Shown here: in pieces, positions 60,063 through 64,000 of the stretch
How positions within the stretch are numbered: the stretch's first letter is position 1
Layout: each line of letters opens with the position of its first letter
Assembly (NCBI GenBank): GCA_965112735.1
Contig: OZ218954.1
Span: forward strand, 3,534,001-3,598,000
Direction: 5' to 3'
DNA: 64,000 nt
DNA from: Phaeosaccion multiseriatum
Taxonomy: Eukaryota; Protista; Ochrophyta, other classes
The notes under the pieces: generated by a model
Seen by the model: only the letters and a program-made list of their open reading frames with translations
Databases searched by the model: none
Told to the model about the DNA's origin: nothing
Made by a program: the position numbers and the translations under genes

Positions 60063-62126
60063 ATGGTGGGAATTAAGGAGGCGCTGAAGCTCATTCAAGA
60101 GTGGGTTGATGGGAGCAGCAGTAAGGGGAAGGGCGTTGGTGTGGGGGAACTTTCGCTTTGCTTGGCAGCCGTGCTGACCACCATCGACTTTGAGTCCCTG
60201 AAGACGAAGAAGGGCCAAACCCCTCTACACGCTCTTGGTGAACTGGATAGGAGTGCCATAGAGGGCAGGAATCTGCAGATGCGGGGAAGCGTGAAGCTAC
60301 TGAAGGACTGCGGGCTGGACATTGATGCGAGAGAAAGAGAATACGAAATGGATGGAGAAGTAGAGCTAGATAGGGGTGATGGCATGACCCCGCTGGTCCA
60401 AGTTGTATGCAACGGGCACTTCGATTTGGTGCAGGGGCTTGTGGAGCAGGGGGCAGATGTGAACAAGTGTGTTTATGGAGGCTTTTTTCCCTTGACAGCA
60501 GCTGCTGGTGGTAGAGACAATTGGGGCTGCTCGTACAGCTGTGACCCCATGATCATATCGTACCTGATGGAGCATGGGGCCAGGGTGGAGGACAGTAAGG
60601 CCTTGGACAGTGCCGCAGCAGCTGGTTGTCCTGAGTCTGTGGGGATACTACTCAAGGCTGGGGCCGAGGTGAATGAGCAACACGTATGGGAAACACCAGC
60701 CCAGTGTTGCTGTGGGGGGCAGGGCAACGGCAGCACTAGCGAGAGATTGAAGGCCCTGTACTTGCTGCTGGAGGCAGGAGCTGATTTGAACGTGAAGGAC
60801 AGATATGGTCTGTCTCTCTTGCACAAAGCCGCTTCTGCTGGTTACAGTGAACTCATCGACGAGCTCGTCCGTCGAGGGCTGGAGGTGGACACGAAGGACT
60901 CTGGTCAGCTTACTCCTCTGCACTTCGCTACTACGGACGGAAATTCCTCAAGTGTGAAGGCGCTCATCCGCCTCGGTGCCTCCCTCGACGCTGTTGATTC
61001 CAATAAGAACACGCCGCTCCACAGTGCTCTGCAGTACGGGAAGGAGGACATTGCTGCCGAGCTGATCGACGCAGGAGCCAACGTGAACGCCAAGCGAGAC
61101 GGCAACATTGCACCCCTTCACCTGGCAGCGGTATGGGGCAACATGAGGCTTACGTACCTCCTGTTGGAGGCTGGGGCTGAGGTCGACGCGCTGACCAACA
61201 CGGGAAGCAGCTCCTTGATGGTGTGCATGGCTCCTGAGAAGGACGACAACGTTTCAAACCTGTTCCGGTACGACGGTCCACCGAGAGAGTCCAAGGAACA
61301 GAGGGAGAAGGTGGCGGGGCTCCTGCTGGAGATGGGCGCTGCGGTCAGCAAGTCAGTCATGGCTCTGGTGGGCGAGAGCGATTGTGGGGACGTCATTGGG
61401 GCGCATTTCAGTAAGGAAAGGGACGCACGAGATACTTCTGATCGTGTTTGCAATACCATAGCTGGACACATCTCTTCCGGCTCTGCCTACTCTGAGGCCG
61501 CCAAGGAGGGCCGTGTGGTGAGAGTGCGTTTGGTAGACAGGACAACGGGGAAGAGAAAGGAGACGCAGTACACACTGAGTATACCCCTGATGGAGCTGCT
61601 GATGGACAAGACTGAGGGAGAGGGAGGGAGCTCTGACGGCTCGGACAGGCATGACACGGCTGCAGGCAGTCTCCCCACCATGCTGGACCCGTCGGGGCGT
61701 GGCTTCATGGGCATCAAGGGCAAGGCCAAAGACGAGGTGGAGGTAACGGTTGACGGAGTGGACTTTACTGAGGATGGCTTTGCAGCTGTGGTGCAGTTCG
61801 TCACGACGGGTAGCGTCAAGAGCCTGCTTACCCGAGGGCGCCATGGGCAGATGAGCAGTAGCACCAGCTCCGAGACGGCCGGTGGCGGCGGCGACAGAAG
61901 AGGTGGTGGGAGTAATAGTGAGGAAGCATTAGGAGAGAGGAAGAGTGAGCGTGTGAAGCTGTTTGACGATGTGAGAGCGGAGCAGGCTCTGCAGGCAGCG
62001 GGCTTCTTCTGCATCGAGGCCATGTCGAGGGAGGTGAAGGCGCTCATGACTCTCTACGGCTTTGAGCTGGGCAAGGAGACGGACGACGAGCCGCGGAGGA
62101 AGCGAAGCAGAGGAGTAGATCCTTAA
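60063..62126 (+). CDS. Intronless ANK-BTB protein, copy 5 (687 aa), the most divergent N-terminal repeats
   Basis: Same ankyrin array, BTB-like C-terminus and basic tail PRRKRSR. Confidence 0.88.
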   Translation: MVGIKEALKLIQEWVDGSSSKGKGVGVGELSLCLAAVLTTIDFESLKTKKGQTPLHALGELDRSAIEGRNLQMRGSVKLLKDCGLDIDAREREYEMDGEVELDRGDGMTPLVQVVCNGHFDLVQGLVEQGADVNKCVYGGFFPLTAAAGGRDNWGCSYSCDPMIISYLMEHGARVEDSKALDSAAAAGCPESVGILLKAGAEVNEQHVWETPAQCCCGGQGNGSTSERLKALYLLLEAGADLNVKDRYGLSLLHKAASAGYSELIDELVRRGLEVDTKDSGQLTPLHFATTDGNSSSVKALIRLGASLDAVDSNKNTPLHSALQYGKEDIAAELIDAGANVNAKRDGNIAPLHLAAVWGNMRLTYLLLEAGAEVDALTNTGSSSLMVCMAPEKDDNVSNLFRYDGPPRESKEQREKVAGLLLEMGAAVSKSVMALVGESDCGDVIGAHFSKERDARDTSDRVCNTIAGHISSGSAYSEAAKEGRVVRVRLVDRTTGKRKETQYTLSIPLMELLMDKTEGEGGSSDGSDRHDTAAGSLPTMLDPSGRGFMGIKGKAKDEVEVTVDGVDFTEDGFAAVVQFVTTGSVKSLLTRGRHGQMSSSTSSETAGGGGDRRGGGSNSEEALGERKSERVKLFDDVRAEQALQAAGFFCIEAMSREVKALMTLYGFELGKETDDEPRRKRSRGVDP

Positions 62127-62256
62127 GGGCACAGTTGTGGTGGTATTAAATGTATGATGTTTCTCCGTCCACAGTTCAGAGCTTCCCCCGTCTTGTTGGT
62201 AGATGTCAATTATTATGTATCACGCCCACGGATCACGTCGTCTTCTTCTTCTTCTT

Positions 62257-63475
62257 CCTCCTCCTCCTCCTCCTCCTCCTCCTCCTCCTCCTCCTCCTCC
62301 TCCTCCTCCTCCTCCTCCTCCTCCTCCTCCTCCTCCTCCTCCTCCTCCTCCTCCTCCTCCTCCTCCTCCTCCTCCTCCTCCTCCTCCTCCTCCTCCTCCT
62401 CCTCCTCCTCCTCCTCCTCCTCCTCCTCCTCCTCCTCCTCCTCCTCCTCCTCCTCCTCCTCCTCCTCCTCCTCCTCCTCCTCCTCCTCCTCCTCCTCCTC
62501 CTCCTCCTCCTCCTCCTCCTCCTCCTCCTCCTCCTCCTCCTCCTCCTCCTCCTCCTCCTCCTCCTCCTCCTCCTCCTCCTCCTCCTCCTCCTCCTCCTCC
62601 TCCTCCTCCTCCTCCTCCTCCTCCTCCTCCTCCTCCTCCTCCTCCTCCTCCTCCTCCTCCTCCTCCTCCTCCTCCTCCTCCTCCTCCTCCTCCTCCTCCT
62701 CCTCCTCCTCCTCCTCCTCCTCCTCCTCCTCCTCCTCCTCCTCCTCCTCCTCCTCCTCCTCCTCCTCCTCCTCCTCCTCCTCCTCCTCCTCCTCCTCCTC
62801 CTCCTCCTCCTCCTCCTCCTCCTCCTCCTCCTCCTCCTCCTCCTCCTCCTCCTCCTCCTCCTCCTCCTCCTCCTCCTCCTCCTCCTCCTCCTCCTCCTCC
62901 TCCTCCTCCTCCTCCTCCTCCTCCTCCTCCTCCTCCTCCTCCTCCTCCTCCTCCTCCTCCTCCTCCTCCTCCTCCTCCTCCTCCTCCTCCTCCTCCTCCT
63001 CCTCCTCCTCCTCCTCCTCCTCCTCCTCCTCCTCCTCCTCCTCCTCCTCCTCCTCCTCCTCCTCCTCCTCCTCCTCCTCCTCCTCCTCCTCCTCCTCCTC
63101 CTCCTCCTCCTCCTCCTCCTCCTCCTCCTCCTCCTCCTCCTCCTCCTCCTCCTCCTCCTCCTCCTCCTCCTCCTCCTCCTCCTCCTCCTCCTCCTCCTCC
63201 TCCTCCTCCTCCTCCTCCTCCTCCTCCTCCTCCTCCTCCTCCTCCTCCTCCTCCTCCTCCTCCTCCTCCTCCTCCTCCTCCTCCTCCTCCTCCTCCTCCT
63301 CCTCCTCCTCCTCCTCCTCCTCCTCCTCCTCCTCCTCCTCCTCCTCCTCCTCCTCCTCCTCCTCCTCCTCCTCCTCCTCCTCCTCCTCCTCCTCCTCCTC
63401 CTCCTCCTCCTCCTCCTCCTCCTCCTCCTCCTCCTCCTCCTCCTCCTCCTCCTCCTCCTCCTCCTCCTCCTCCTC
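62257..63475. repeat. Apparently pure (CCT)n tract of ~1.2 kb (~400 units)
   Basis: Uninterrupted CCT/GGA trinucleotide run preceded by a short (TCT)n. Confidence 0.95.
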
Positions 63476-64000
63476 GCTGACTTCGCTACTGCCGGTACGC
63501 ATTCTTACGCACCAGCCACAAGAAGGGAGGATTTAAGAAGGAGTCCTCTCGCTCTCTCAAGAGAGAATAGACAGCGCGGGCTGAGCAACAACCAGCCAAA
63601 TCGATAGATACTAGTACCTAAGGTGAAGGACACTTCAGCTGCTCTCGCCCAGCCGCGTTATACACATCCATCAAGCCGCGAAGGAGGCACACCCAGCCAA
63701 GAGAGGGCAAAATAGGGGGAACAAGAGCAGCCAGGGACGGGGGGTGTCTGCACGGCTGGGAGGGTGAGTGAGACTTCCTTACACCATAGCCAAATCATGA
63801 TCCACGGATCACATCATGCATCAGCCAGCCACATCCATGACTTTTCGTGATTTCGCGACGCTGGTACCTAGCTAGTGCTCGGCGGAGCAGTGGCACCCCG
63901 CCCCCAGTGACAAAACGTCATAAGCGTCACGTTCTTGGTTGGTCGTCGCCAGCTGGCTCTGATTCCCACCTCCCACACGTACAGTGGTAGAGCTGACCCT

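Noticed and set aside
20798-62126. Integrated giant-virus segment
   Set aside because: No NCLDV core genes; the ANK-BTB genes are interspersed with ordinary spliced host genes and have host-like GC content.
62150-63607. Poly-Leu/Ser/Pro/Glu ORFs of 425-485 aa
   Set aside because: Artefacts of the stop-free (CCT)n tract.

Overview
Eukaryotic, GC-rich, intron-rich genomic DNA. The microsatellite-laden introns (GGGA/TCCC, GT, GA, CCT) and the gene set (CBA1-like, Shewanella-like phosphatase, HID1) suggest a stramenopile alga, possibly eustigmatophyte-like; this is an inference. Spliced genes read by eye, in order: 3' end of an unknown gene; PAF-acetylhydrolase-like lipase (-); DHHC palmitoyltransferase (+); SPB1/FTSJ3 rRNA methyltransferase (+); HID1 (-); CBA1-like cobalamin acquisition protein (+); MFS sugar porter (-); divergent cyclophilin (+); NDUFA6 (+); Shewanella-like phosphatase (-). 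Among them are five intronless paralogues encoding about 10 ankyrin repeats plus a C-terminal BTB/POZ-like domain, four of them with an NLS-like tail. Three lie in a 3164-bp tandem array bounded by a ~150-bp direct repeat and headed by transposon ends; two are dispersed, one of them frameshifted. These paralogues vary mainly at the target-binding (DARPin-randomised) ankyrin positions and are patchwork mosaics of one another. They are the best candidate for an undescribed system: a gene-conversion-diversified repertoire of nuclear Cullin-3 substrate receptors. A second unexplained signal is a strongly over-represented motif (GTATCACCAAC/GTTGGTGATAC) that tends to sit in opposite orientations at the two ends of introns, within a general purine-5'/pyrimidine-3' fold-back intron architecture. 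Exon boundaries and start codons are manual estimates.
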